DNA of 64,000 nt from contig CM119271.1 in the NCBI GenBank assembly GCA_051294375.1, forward strand, positions 676,721 to 740,720, in the 5' to 3' direction. Both the position numbers and the translations under genes were made by a program. The stretch is from Paraspadella gotoi. Taxonomy: Eukaryota; Animalia; Chaetognatha. The notes under the pieces are model-generated. The model was not told where the DNA came from. It did no database searches and saw only the letters and a list, made by a program, of their open reading frames with translations. This document shows, in pieces, positions 11,401-23,766 of this stretch (positions within the stretch are counted from its first letter, which is position 1; each line of letters opens with the position of its first letter).

Positions 11401-14400
11401 TCAACGCTTCCCGTCCATTTTCGTTTAAAAACGCTCCTTTCCCGGATTTTTTTCCTCAAAAAATAATTTTTCGAATAGTTTAAACCGCGTGGATAACTAT
11501 CTTAATACTATTCATAATTTCCTCAATATTTTAATTTCCAATCAAGATTAACAAATTCTCTGATTCCCTAAAAATTTTTTTTTGAAATCACCCCGGTGGC
11601 AGTTTAAAAATTATTTATCTGCATCCGGTTTAAATTGGACGAATAAAACAAATAGCACCAAATAACCTTACTATTTAGATGAACTACGTCGATCTTCACT
11701 TCAGAGACTTGACCTTATTTATCCATCGTACAATGAATAACAAAAACAAAAACATCATGGCCCCTCATTCCGCCCCATGTTCTCCACCAGCCGTTATCAA
11801 ATTTCCAACGATTTCGATTAATAGAAACTGTGTCCCACCGCCCGCCCAACCTCGGGAGTCAAACGTTCAAACACATTTTAAATCTTCTAAAATTGTCACT
11901 GACTGTGTTTTTCACTGTCCGAAGAACTACAGTCCTTCTTTCAACTTTTCCCGTTGTTACGCTTGTTACTTACAACGGTTAGTTTATTTCTTTAAATAGT
12001 GCAAATTTAAAGAAAAATATAGACCATTCGCTTAGTCGTTGCAGTAAAATTAATGTGTTAATTCAAAATGTTTTGTTCGATTGAAAGGGTCATAAATTTG
12101 TTTTATTCTCGATGGCAATTTTTCTCCTTCGATCGTCTGGCGTTTAGCAGCCGAACCCCATAAAGACATTCCTCAATTAAATAATGTATTATACAACTAA
12201 TCCATCAATCCCTCTCGAAAAAAACATATCGCCGACCTTCCCTATCCCCGATTCCCCATGAACGGCTCATTTCCGCTAAATTTGCCTGCGTCATTAATTG
12301 CGCGACGACGATGATGATTCGATGCGCAATATTTACGCTGAACGATGACGCGAAGATCCACGATTTTGAGTTGGAAACAAAATGTTTTCGGCAAATAACG
12401 AAACGGCTTTGAATCATATCGTGTTTGACGTTTGCTCCTCTTCCTCTTCAGTTTAGACTCTCGCCTCTCTGACCTCATTCTCTCTTTTATAGTTTTCAGT
12501 GAAGAACATTTAACATTCTTTCCAAACACGAGGGTAAAAATTATAGGTTTTTTAATGTCATTCTTTATCTAATACATCTTCCTCGAGACTCTGCGGACTC
12601 GTCGTCGCGATAACGCAAAACGGTTTACGTAATCGAGAGTTGGTATAACTAAAAATATTTTTTCCCAGCTGATTTCGAATTTTCTTTCTAAAAAGGTTAG
12701 AAAACGCCGAATCTAATAAAAGTTGGGAGCGAGAGAGAGAGAGATCGATCCATTTTTTCTCCTCTCCTTCCCCGAAAACCAACTCGTCGTTCGCTCGCCA
12801 ATCACACTGGCTGCTTCGATCCTCATCACCTCCAACCTCTCTTCCCCCTTCGCGTATCGACGCGAAATGCTTTGCCATTTCTCCAGTTATTCGCCGCCTT
12901 CGCCGGTTCGCCCCTCATTTTTTTTCTCTCGTGAGACCAATTCGCTTCTAATACTGTTTTGGAAAAAAAGATTTTTTTTCACGTCATTAAAATTTTTGCG
13001 CTTCCTCACCCGATCGGGGATATAACAATAAAAAAAAATTAGTAATAAAAAAAAGATAAGGATGGCGACGCTACGATCGTCATCTCCGGACAAGTCGTCC
13101 GCGTCGTCGACGACTTCTCCTTCGCCTCGTCCAAAAAAGAAGTCCAAACATATTCAACTCGACGTGACACGAAGGGAGAACGTCTCCCGCGGCGGCGACG
13201 ACGACGTCGACGCCAATCACGAGACTGACTTGGCGGGATCATCGGGTCTTTGTTCTGATTATTCCTCCTGCTCCGATATCTGCTCCTCCCCCGAGTCTCC
13301 CGCGCTTCGTCGACCCTCCTACAAATCTCTGTCCAACCACAACGAGATTCTCTCCCCTTTCATGCCCTTCGTCCGCCTCGAAGAACATGGCATCCCGCGC
13401 CGGACCGCGAGAGACCGTACGGTTTCGGGCGATGACGGCCGACGCCACGTCGGCCGAATCGAGGACCCGCGCAGGCAAAGGGGCGACGTTTATCCCGTGC
13501 GGAGGAACGACGCGTGTTCCGGCTTCAAGCGACTTAATCCGTTTCCCGATTCCTTCTTCTATCCTATAAAAGACATCAAAGAGGTTGTGAAAAAAACCAT
13601 TTCCACCTCCGCCAGTCCGCCCAAAGAAAAATCTCTCAATTCTTCGTACTCGCACGAAACCAAATCTACGTACAAAATGAGATGTAGAAGCAAATCGTCA
13701 GGGTGTGATTTAGACATGATGCGGTCCATGTGCTTTCTCTTTACCTCTGAATCTTCGCAACCCAGTCTTGAGAGGTAGTGGGCATGTGGCTCTTGTTTTC
13801 TTCGAAAGCAGTATTTTCGTACCAGCACAATATCCTTATACAAATTTACCTTCCGGTTGCGTTTTAATCCTGAAGATATTTAAATTCATCGCGTGATAGA
13901 GCTAAATTAGATACTAATGGTCCATAAATTTTCAACAGGTCCTCTCGCTCGTTAACCTGTTCTTTTTTTTTAACCTAATAACAAAGCTTTTTGTGATTCT
14001 TGACAGAAACGGTGACTATAATTTATTAATATTTTCCCCCTTTTTTAGTGCTGGAGCTTCAACGGTCGCGATTGACAACAAAATAGAACAAGCGATGGTA
14101 AGTAACGATTTTTTTGGGTCTCATCATCTTAAGCCTTAAAGTTTCATTTTAAATACGTACAAGGTGACACACTGAAACCCGCTTCTGGAAAAAAACCATC
14201 ATTAGCGAACCTGAACAGTTTTTTTTTTTTTTTTCAGTCTTAAAATTTTTTTTATATATTTAATGATTATATTTATTGATTGGTTTTGATTTGACTTAAA
14301 AAATATTCATTTTAAAACTATAATTTTTTTTAATCTTTTTGTTTAATTTTTTTTTTTAATTTTAAATAAAAAGGTATACTGTATATTATAATATAATAAT

Positions 14401-17135
14401 TAGCTTTTCCAGCTTTATATTAAAAAAGGTAATCAAAATTAAAATAATTTTTAAATTAAAATTGTTAAAGACCTGGTTTGAACTAATTATTAAATTTTTG
14501 TTAGTTATTTTAATTTAGTCATCCTTAAATTTTTTTTTATATTTATATAAACGATAATTGGTTAGATCATTATAATTAAAATAAGTTAGATATTTGAAAA
14601 AAATATTATTGAAGATTTTATTATTTTAATTTTAATTATTGTGATTAGGCTTTTTTTTATGTAATAATATTTTTAAATATATTATTTTTTAAAAAATTTT
14701 TAAGAGCTTTCAAAAGATATTAATATTTGTAGCAGTAAGTTTTTTAAAAAATGTTCAGAAAGATTTTTAAAAAATTTGAGTTTTAAAATGATTTTGATTT
14801 TTATTATAAAAAATCTTTCAGATTAAAAAAATCTTTAGTTTTGCAAATGACGATTTTTTTTCTAGTGGCGGTTTTCAGTGTGTCTCCGTGTAGTGATTTT
14901 CGCAATATTAACTGAGCTGAGCAGTACGATTGCACTGAAGTAGATCGTTACTATGCACTTCCAATTTCTTATTGCGCCACTGGGCATTAGTCAGTTCCCT
15001 ATTGTTAGCCTTATTCAGATTTTTCTATAGAACAGTTTTCCGGTCAGAAATTAATAAAAGCCCTAGTCCCAAAAAGCCTAGATTTTAAAAAAAGCCCAGT
15101 GTTTTTCTGGCATTTTCCTCGTGCAACGATTCCATTCTTCGGCGATCTCCGTTCTCATTCGTCGGGAAACCTGCATAATCTATGGATTTTCTTTGGGGTT
15201 GTTTTTTTTTTCCTCTAGAGCGAATAGCATTTCGAAAGCTTATCTTTTCAGCCAATGAGAGAGCCGCGTTGCGACGCCTGACGAGTCCTCAGGAAAAAGC
15301 GCCCAAGCCCAGTGTTTTCCGAGCTATCCCGCTCATACCACAGCCACGAAAGCCTGTCTGCGTCATTCCAACACCCTGAATTCTCAGATGGGCGAAGTGC
15401 TATCGTCTAACCAAAAAACACTGCCACACTAACCAATGTTCATGACGGTCTTTACAAGAGAAATTACGTCACTGCCAGTTTTTTCGTCGAATCTCGAACA
15501 AATGCAAATGTAATGGAGAATGCAGTGTACAAGAGTATTTGTTGCAACGTGGTAAGCTTTTATTCTTTAATTCGTATTAATTAGTCTCCAGTGGCGCTTT
15601 GTAACTGAACCTAACCGTAATGAACCGAATTAGTATTTTTCATATATTGGTGCTTTTTAAATTTTTAATATTTTTTTAAATTTCTTGAGAAAAGAAAGGC
15701 AAACCAAATCATTTTTGTTTAAGTGAAGTACTAATTTTTTTTGTCCACTGTTTACCTGCGTGAGGATCTTCTGTTTCATAAGCATTTTTATTTTTTGACT
15801 TGACTCGAGTTGTTATTTTTTGAAGAAGTGATGAGTGAAGTTTGATCGTCTGTATGCCCAGAGACGAGATTCCTCTTGATAATTTTTTTCTTTCTAATGT
15901 TCTCCTCTCTTCGAACCAGTTTGATTGATAAGTGGATCGTATACGCCAGTGAAAATATCCTATCATATTGTTGTTTAAAAAAGATTATGCCGGGAGCAAA
16001 ATATTTGCAAAGAGTCGTAATAATTCTTTCCTATGGATCAACAGCCGTTCATGTCTAGAATATGTGAAAATTTCCCCTCTTTTTGATTTTTGAGATGTTT
16101 TGATAATAAAAAATGAGGGTTACGCTTTTCACTAGTTTATAACGATATTTCTCCGGATTGTCGACATTCGGCGACATAAGGAAACAAAGCACTTACTGGA
16201 TTCAAAATAAATTTACTAGCGTGTTTTCCTTGAAAGAAAGAAAGAAAGAAAGAAAGAAAGGGGGGAAATATCCAACCGAAAAGCATTTCCTCGTCCTGCA
16301 CTCTTTCCAAATCGATCATCATCCCTTGCTTTCCCGCTTGCAAACCCACGCTTTTCAGAAAAAAAAATAGGGGGGGGGGAATCGACGACTCTTCTCTTTT
16401 TCTCTTCATATTCACCTATCTCTTGTTATTTCAGTGGTTGCTTCGGTGCGTTTTAAAAATATGAATGCAACGCGACCCCAAAGCTCGCGATTGATTTACC
16501 GTCGTGGTCGACCGCGGCAATGAACTTGGATTTTTTTTGGTGAAATTGTGGCGTTCCTTCCCGCCCACGGCAGACCATTAACTTCTAGATCGAGGCTTTT
16601 TCTGAGGATTCTTTGTTTCGTCAGTTGAGGAAAACAACGTGCCTTTAAAACTATTTTAATCGTGATCATCAGAACGTTTTCAAACTTTAATGTGTCATTG
16701 TATGAGTGTAAAGTCTTTATATGATACGATCATTAAAGAATCCTCTTTAACAATTAACTGTCAAATTTCTAATTTTGAAATTATCTTTTTAAGTGTTGAA
16801 GATAAATAAACAGAAAAATGATTCACGATGACACCCATTATTTTTCCCCGATAAAAATTAGCTTACTTTTAAAATAATGAGGATAAATCTCATTACTATA
16901 TCAGCGACAGGAGTTTTCAGACGAGTTTAGCGAAGCAGTTGATCGAAGATTTAAGAAGCGTTATGTCAGGGGCAAGATAGCTTATTTATTAAATGAATGG
17001 ATAATTTTTATATTGGTTGTACCAATTTCATAATAAAAGTCCCAGTTTTTCATGAACGTCGAACCATATTGCTCGCCATATTTATTGCGAAATTCATTGT
17101 TTTTTTTTTCTTTTGTTAATCGGAGTCTCTCTCTC

Positions 17136-17180
<45 letters not shown>

Positions 17181-18276
17181 GAAGACCCGATGATTCCTCG
17201 ATCCGATATAACGTAGTTTGCCCTTCACCTTGCACGCAGGACCTGGTGAAGAGTCACCTAATGTACGCCGTGCGGGAGGAAGTGGAGGTGTTGAAGGAAC
17301 AGATCAAGGAGCTCATCGAGAAAAACCAACAGTTGGAGATGGAAAACGCATATCTTAAATCCAACGCCACCCCGGATCTGTTGAAGCAACTTCAGGTAAA
17401 CAACAAAGGGGATCGAGAGAGAGAGAGAGAGAACGAGAACACGGAGGGCAGAGAAGAATTAGATTATAATTGAGTTAAAAGCCGGAGCCTTCAAATCCGG
17501 AATTAAGTCGTCGGTGCGTTGTGTGTGTTTGTGTGTGTGAGTGTGTGTGTGAGAGAGAGAGAGGGGGGGGAATTTCGATCCTTATTTTTAAGGGGGGTGG
17601 CTCATGACCTGAAATAACGGTAGTTTAGGAGGAAGGGGTTGGGGCATGGATAAAGGGGGGCCACCATTACCACTAAAGCATTACCACCTTCCTATTTTTA
17701 TTTTGGCGATTTCGATGTTTTGGTTATTTAATTTATTACGATTTGATCGCGAAACGCGGAACCACGGGGGAAAAAAAATCTGCTGATCAATGCGCGAATA
17801 CTTTAATCGCGTTTGAACGGTTTGAGAGGGAGAGCTGAGATCGCCTTGTTTTGGCTGATCAAATCACAGATTTTTTTCCCTTTTTTTTTTCTTGTCTAAA
17901 AATTTAGGGGGAAAAAATATTTTTGAAAAAATGCACTTATTTTCAGGCGCACGTGGATTCTTCTCCCACGCCCACGTCCCTTCCTTCCGCACCTTCGGCG
18001 TCAAATTCCGCCTCGGCCGGCGGAATCTCCGCCGGATTCGTCCCCGCCCATACCGTAGGCGTCACCTCTATGGCGCCTCTCGCCGGCGTTGGGTCGACGG
18101 CGCCGACCAACGCTGTGCCGACGACGTCCGCCCCCTCGTCAGGAAAGACTCACGGGGCGTCGGTCCCAACGGGTAACGTCGTTGCGTCCAACGCCGCCGT
18201 CTCTCTCCCGGCGGCGGCGTCGCAAATGACGACTTCGGCTGCTTCGTTTTCGTCTTCCAGTCCGGGAAACCCGTGA
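2490..18276 (+). CDS. TSC22D (bun): TSC22 domain family protein, long (BunA/TSC22D1.1-like) isoform; start exon not located (probably upstream)
   Basis: Exons 2490-3305, 3374-3584, 4480-4583, 4679-4847, 5020-5594, 5812-7067, [7315-8622], 14049-14097, 17240-17395, 17947-18276 are all GT-AG and phase-consistent. They encode motif 1 (RFEIVNV...SVDDLEE), motif 2 (SRFRVVKI...[12 protein letters not shown]), [13 protein letters not shown], and the TSC box plus leucine zipper ([10 protein letters not shown]|[36 protein letters not shown]). Confidence 0.92.
3708..4304. mobile_element. Degenerate TA-flanked MITE (Tc1/mariner-like)
   Basis: Imperfect TIRs TA|TGATAAGGCGGGCCAA ... TTGTTCCGCCTTATTG|TA around an AT-rich non-coding interior. 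Confidence 0.45.
5708..5776 (+). repeat. Family S 5'-truncated, diverged copy
   Basis: GTCGGGGACAAGATCGCTTATTT...TTGTACCAATTTGAT matches the family S 3' block. Confidence 0.65.
7315..8622 (+). CDS. TSC22D (bun): 1308-nt symmetric (phase 2-2) cassette exon of the TSC22D gene
   Basis: Acceptor CGCAG|G at 7314/7315 and donor AG|GTACTT at 8622/8623. The frame is open throughout (ORF 7400-8653), the length is divisible by 3, and it contains SRFKVCPV. Confidence 0.75.
9594..10571. mobile_element. ~1-kb foldback / TIR element with nested inverted repeats
   Basis: TIRs GGTTAAATTTTACTTTCGCCGACC / GGTCGGCGAAAGTAAAATTAACC. Inner inverted pairs at ~9738/10425, ~9883/10299 and 10075-10119/10176-10220. 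(CCTTAA/CCCTAA)-like repeats near the right end. Related termini at ~9101, 21517, 22131-22181, 32194 and 33674. Confidence 0.65.
11679..11977 (+). CDS. TSC22D (bun): Candidate alternative first coding exon of the TSC22D gene (short isoform)
   Basis: ATG-initiated open frame ending at a phase-2 donor CG|GTTAGT, in frame with the TSC-box exon at 14049. Confidence 0.5.
13062..13774 (+). CDS. TSC22D (bun): Alternative first coding exon of the TSC22D gene (BunB/C-like isoform)
   Basis: AGGATGG start and a GC-rich 238-codon frame. Phase-2 donor AG|GTAGTG joins in frame to exon 14049 (...[15 protein letters not shown]). The upstream region is CpG-rich with a CCAAT box (~12798). Confidence 0.7.
14160..14890. 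mobile_element. TA-flanked MITE (Tc1/mariner-like)
   Basis: ~35-bp imperfect TIRs TA|CAAGGTGACACACTGAAACCCGC ... GCGGTTTTCAGTGTGTCTCCGTG|TA; very AT-rich interior. Confidence 0.75.
15513..15551 (+). CDS. TSC22D (bun): Candidate alternative first exon giving a TSC-box-truncated isoform
   Basis: ATG GAG...AAC GTG|GTAAGC encodes [13 protein letters not shown]. The strong phase-0 donor is in frame with exon 17240 (DLVKSHLM). There is an upstream in-frame stop at 15408. Confidence 0.4.
16966..17032 (+). repeat. Family S 5'-truncated copy
   Basis: Near-identical to the 3' block at 44821-44890. Confidence 0.75.
17146..17197. repeat. (CT)n microsatellite
   Basis: Read directly from the sequence. 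Confidence 0.9.
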
Positions 18277-20499
18277 GAGGAGAGAAACAGTAAACGCGGT
18301 TCCCCGTCACGGTGATTTGCTCCCTCCCCCGACATCTCTCTTTCTCTCTCCATCTCCCCCTCCTCTTTTTCTACTATTCGCGATGCTTCGTGGGGAAAAC
18401 GAAAACTGACGGCACGTAACTATTACTACGTAGTTTAGAATGAGGAATGGTGAGGGCGGTACTCTTTCTTTCTTGCTCCTTCCCCCGCGCATTTTCTAAA
18501 TTTCCATCTCACTTCCACCCTCTTTTCTTTTTCCTTTAAATTCCTATTTTCTTCCCCTTGCTCTCGTAATTTACCGTCACTCAGCAACGGCCAGTTGGAA
18601 CCGCATCCCTAGGGATTTACGGCTACGAGGCTCTGCGGTTCGCTTTCGCCTTTAACTTCTGTATGGGGGCGTGGGGGGCGCGGTTGGGAGGTGTCGCGCG
18701 CAAAAGCAAAGGTTCCAATCGGTGAAATGGGTTTGCAGGGTCGAATCGAACTAAACGGGAAGCGTCCTCTACGACAATGAGTGGGCGACTCAGTCTCTTT
18801 CATTCAAGCCCCCCATTTTTTTTAATTTTTTTTTTCGTTGAAAATCGTCAAGGCTACATTGTCCTTCTCTCGCTTTCGAATAAGGAAGGGCTATTTTCAT
18901 TTCTCCTTCCCTCTTTATCGCTCTTTTACTGAATTATTAATAAAATTTTTAAACGCAGTTTAAATTGTTGAATTATATTTAAAAATAGATAAAAGAAAAA
19001 ATCATATTGATTTTTTTTTCTCATTCAAGCATTTGTAATTATTTTGACGTAGTTCATTTTTTAATTAAGCGTCAAAAAGAAATTTTAGTTTCTTGAACTT
19101 CGTAAAAAAAAAACAAAAAACCGAAACAACATTACTGGTTCGCAACAAACTTGAAATCTAAGTTCCTTGTTTTGGTTTTCTTTTTTCCCTCAAATTTTAC
19201 TCTGTAAATAATAAGCGCGATTGAATTTAACAAACTCTTTCCCCGTTTCTAGTGAACTTAATTTTATCTGTTGCTAATACGCTTGGGTTATTACAAGCGT
19301 TTTCATGCCAAGTGATACTAATTTGATGCCGATTTTCCCGCGTCTTTTTTGCAACTTTTCCTCTCGTCACTGCGGCATGACATGCTGAAACCAGAAATAA
19401 ACAAAGTCAGTATTCTATTTATAATTACCTTAATTTGTTGACGAATAACAAAGTAACGAAGGTTTGCTTAGCGATTAGTAGACGATGGGAATGGGTGTAG
19501 CAATTTTTACAAAGCTCATTCTGATTTTATTATGTTTTCGTGTCTTTTTTTTTTTGCGCGCGCGGTACAGAGATCCTTTCTGCTTGCTGCTACACGCTTT
19601 TTTAGAAAGAGATCTTTCTTTTAAATTTCTTTGAATCTGCGGGTTTTATAAATATTAAAATACGGCGGTGAAATAAAAAATCCATTTTCAAGTTTTTTGC
19701 TCTTAAGAATGATAAAAGTGAATATAAAATGATTTTTAAAATAACCAAAAGCCTAGTCGTGTATTGCTTTTGTCCGTTTTTTTTCCAAAACAAAACAAAA
19801 AAAATTCTATCATTATTCCGTTTCTTAATAGGAACAATTTGCCTTTGACCCCGGTGAAGGGAATCCTTTTATTTGGGAACCTTAAAAACTAAAAATTAAG
19901 AGAAACCTACGGTTTTCTTTGCTATGTTGAAAGCTAAACTTGAAACCTTGCCAATATCGCCGTTACCTCCTTGACGGCGAAACATGATTGAGTGATAACA
20001 TGATTCAATTATTAATGAATAAAAATTAGTGTAACAACCAATACTAACCCAGTTTGTCTAAGATCCTGAAAACCTATACGTAAAAAGTTAATCGAGGCAG
20101 TTTGTTCGAAATCGGAAAAAAAATATTTGTCGTTAAATCTTGCGAGCTCGAAAGCAATGTTAGGAAATGTAACTCGATATATATCTCGAAACCCAGTTTT
20201 TGACAGTTAAAGATTCGTTGTTAAAATCAAATTCTTTTCTGGGTCCCAATCGAGTGGAGTAGTCAACACACGTCATGTGAGTGAGAGAGAGTCCGTTCGA
20301 GATATTGTGGAGTGGATCCCGAGATACGAGGTCGTTGAACTCGGGAGAGGCCGGCTTAAAGAGAAACCAGGTGGCGCCATTGGCTTTTTCTATGTGAAGA
20401 GATTTAATTGAAAAAAGGTGTTATTGCTCATGAACCGAAATTGTTTCGAAAATCTCGTGAAATGCAGTTTTACAAAGTCATGTCATGTTAATTAGTCAG

Positions 20500-20561
20500 G
20501 AAATTGTTACAACCAAGATAAAGATTATTCATTCATGCAATAAATAAGCTATTTTGCACCT
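20500..20561 (-). repeat. Family S diverged copy
   Basis: GAAATTGTTACAACCAAGATAAAGATTATTCATTCAT...AAATAAGCTATTTTG is the reverse complement of the family S 3' block. Confidence 0.6.
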
Positions 20562-21889
20562 AAATTTTAACATTTTAATGAAACTAGCCCATTCATTTTA
20601 GTAGGATATATATTTTTAACAAAAGTAAGACTAAGAAGTGATCATGGAGTTGAATACGTTCTGGAGACTTATGGGAAATGAAGAGGAAGAAGATGAAAAA
20701 AGTTAGTTTTTTTTACGGGAAAAAAAACATTAGGACGGTGATAATAAAGATCTTAAATACGCGTAATTGGGTAACCTTACTATTCTACGTCCGAAACCAA
20801 CCTTAGCTACCAACGGTCGGTGGTTTGTTAATCCATTATATTTTGTTTTCCTTCTAGTGTCGTTTCAGTTTGCGCATTAATACACACTTTTTTTGCACAG
20901 TAATACAGTACCGGAAACCTAGAATGTCGTAAGTCTGTACATGGAATAACTTTTCCATTTATAGGATAAATGGCTTTAGGATTTTATAGGAAGTTGTCTG
21001 GATGTCTGAATTTTTCAAATAAATAATCCTAAACCATTTAAAAATGGGGTCAAAAAAAAGAATTTAAAAACTTGCATAGCTCTGATATGTTTTAAATTTT
21101 TTTCTTAAAATTTTGCTAACAAGAGGGTTTGTAAACTTCTGTAGAAATTTTTGCTATATTTATCAGTGCTGATATTTCAGATGGGTCATTTTTTCAATGA
21201 TACATAACTTCTCTATTTGTAAATATTATGGTTTTAAATTTTAGTAATAGGTGGGCCTTGGGTAGTCCTGCAATATATATGAATATATATGAATTGCAGT
21301 CAAAATTTTTTTAACAAAATTCAATTGTCAATCCTGCTAAAAATATTCTCGCAAATAATGTTATTCGTTGCCTATAAATCAGTTAAAACATACTTAAAAT
21401 AACCCTAAAGCAAAAAAAAAGGGTTGGGGGAAGTTTTTAAATAAACTTTGTAATAAAAAGTTTTTTAACTTTACCAATATTAAGAAACAAAAAACATATC
21501 ACCGATCGCAAAATCTCGGTTGGCGAATGTAAAAGTTAGCCGCTTAATTTATTGGATTAAATATTTGTTTTTATTTTTTTATTATTAAAATTGTTATTTA
21601 ATATTATTATTATATTTTATTATAAATTTTTATTATATTATTATTTTTTAAAATTTATTTAAATTTCGTTTTATTGTATATTGAAATTGTTTGAAGCAAG
21701 AAAATTTTAATAGTTTTTTAAAAATAGATTATTTTTCTGCTTATATTAAAGTTAAAATATATTTGTTTTTAATATTTTTAAAAGGTTCATAGTTTATAAA
21801 TGTTAATAAACTTTTTATTCTTTAAATATTGCTTAAAATATTTTAATTACTATATATTTAAGCTGAGATTTAGTTTTAAACTTATTTTT

Positions 21890-22181
21890 AACCTTAATTT
21901 AGCCTTAACCTTAATTTACCTCTAACCCTTAACCCTAACTAACCCTTAACCCTAATTAACCTTTAACCCTAACTTACTTTTAACCTTAACTTTAATTTAT
22001 TCTTAACCCTAAATTACCCTTTACCTTAACTTTTTAACTTAACTTACCTTTATCTTTAATTTACCCTTATTATCTTATATTTAATCTTAATTTAATTTAC
22101 TATAACTTTAACTTTTAACTATAACATAATCGGCTAAATTTTATTTTAGCCGACCCTTGTCGGCGAAAATTAAAGTAACCC
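21890..22181. repeat. Degenerate (TAACCC/TAACCT)n tract followed by a TIR-type terminus
   Basis: About 230 bp of CCTTAA/CCCTAA-like repeats, then CGGCTAAATTTTATTTTAGCCGAC...GTCGGCGAAAATTAAAGTAACCC. The same architecture appears at 10495-10571 and 32135-32219. Confidence 0.6.
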
Positions 22182-23249
22182 ATGTAATTATTACTTAAAT
22201 AATGATAATAAATATAATATTAAAAAAATTGTTATCTGAATTATTATAATTTTTCTTTACAAAAAATTCTTCTTTTTCTTTACAAAAAATTCTTCTTTTT
22301 CTGTTAATTTATAAAAAAAACCTTGTTCTTCATTTTCCCATAAGCCTCCAGAACGTATTTAACTCCAGGAATGCCAAAAATCACGCCACCATTTTTCGCG
22401 TTAACACAATAAAGAGGGTGTAAAGTCTGTAGAATGAACGACAAAGGAAAATAAATGATAAGGTTTAAATTCCACATCAAAGTACAACAACTCAGGGCCG
22501 CGCTTCGCGACCCCTTGGCCCAGAGACTCTCTCTGGCCCAGAGAGGCATTTGTTGATCACATTCGAAAGGAGTCTCCCTGCCTCCCTCTCTCGTCCGAGG
22601 TCCCGCTTTAAAAACGGGGGATTTTTCGGCAGCACCGACTGGCGATTCCGACCAATCAAAAACCTCGAAATCTCCGTGCCGGCGCGGCGCTGCGCTGTGC
22701 TGCGCAGAGCCAACATCCACCAACAAATGGATCCTGACGAAGATGCATCGTCGTCGTCATCGTCGTCGCCGTTGTCGCTGCTCACTTCCTTCCCTTTTTC
22801 CTCGGAAGAATTCTCGATGACGAAGACGACGATAAAGACGACGTTGAGCGAGTGTCTTCGCGCGGGGCGCGGGGCGCGGGCCGTTGCAAACTTGTGGGGT
22901 GGGGAAGAATCCTCGTTCCGTAATAACGTGGACCGCGCACAAAGGATTACATTTATTTCACATCGTTTTATTTTAAATTGAAGGAGGGAGGGAAGGAGAC
23001 TAAATAACGAAAGCGAGACTCTTTGTTTCCAACCCTTTATTTTAAAAGAGGGCATGGCTGATTTCTGTCTCTTTCTTGTTTTGGAGAAAATGGAGAGAAA
23101 GAAATTTGGAACTCTATCTCGCGATTCTCTCATCCTCCACCCTACGAACGCGACCCACCGGAAACTCAGTCCCAGGAACGCGCGACCGGAGGAAGAAGGG
23201 GGGGAGAGACTCGCTCCGTTTCAAACTCAACTGCGGACGTAAAGACACC

Positions 23250-23357
23250 GAGAGGGAGAGAGAGAGAGAGAGAGAGAGCTGGCTCTCTCTCGCTCTCTCT
23301 CGCTCTGCGTGCACACTTCCTCGAAAAATCTCTCAAGCTTCAAAATCCCCTCTCGAC

Positions 23358-23418
<61 letters not shown>
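23250..23418. repeat. (GA)n and (CT)n microsatellites upstream of ARID2
   Basis: Read directly. They lie in a CpG-rich region 350-500 bp upstream of the ARID2 ATG. Confidence 0.85.
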
Positions 23419-23421
<3 letters not shown>

Positions 23422-23766
23422 ATCGAAAGCCGAGTCTATTCGTCGTCGCTCGCTAATTTTCTCCACCTTTATCCTTTTGTGTGTGAATAATACTTACCTA
23501 GCAGCCACATTGTCTCTCGGATGTCACGCTTTTTTGACAAAATAAATCTGTGGATATTTTTTTTTAAATCTCCAATTGAGTTAAAACCGTGGGCGTCTGA
23601 GCTTTGTTTCTGGATCATCGCGCGCTCTCGCTCCTTTTTCGCTCCGCGTCCTATTATTTATTTCTACTTTACACTGCGACACTTTGCGTTGTCCCCGTTT
23701 TGCCCATCGCTCATCGACCTAACCCCCCCAATTTTTTTTCCTGACCTTTTTGTCCATTCCAGTTCC

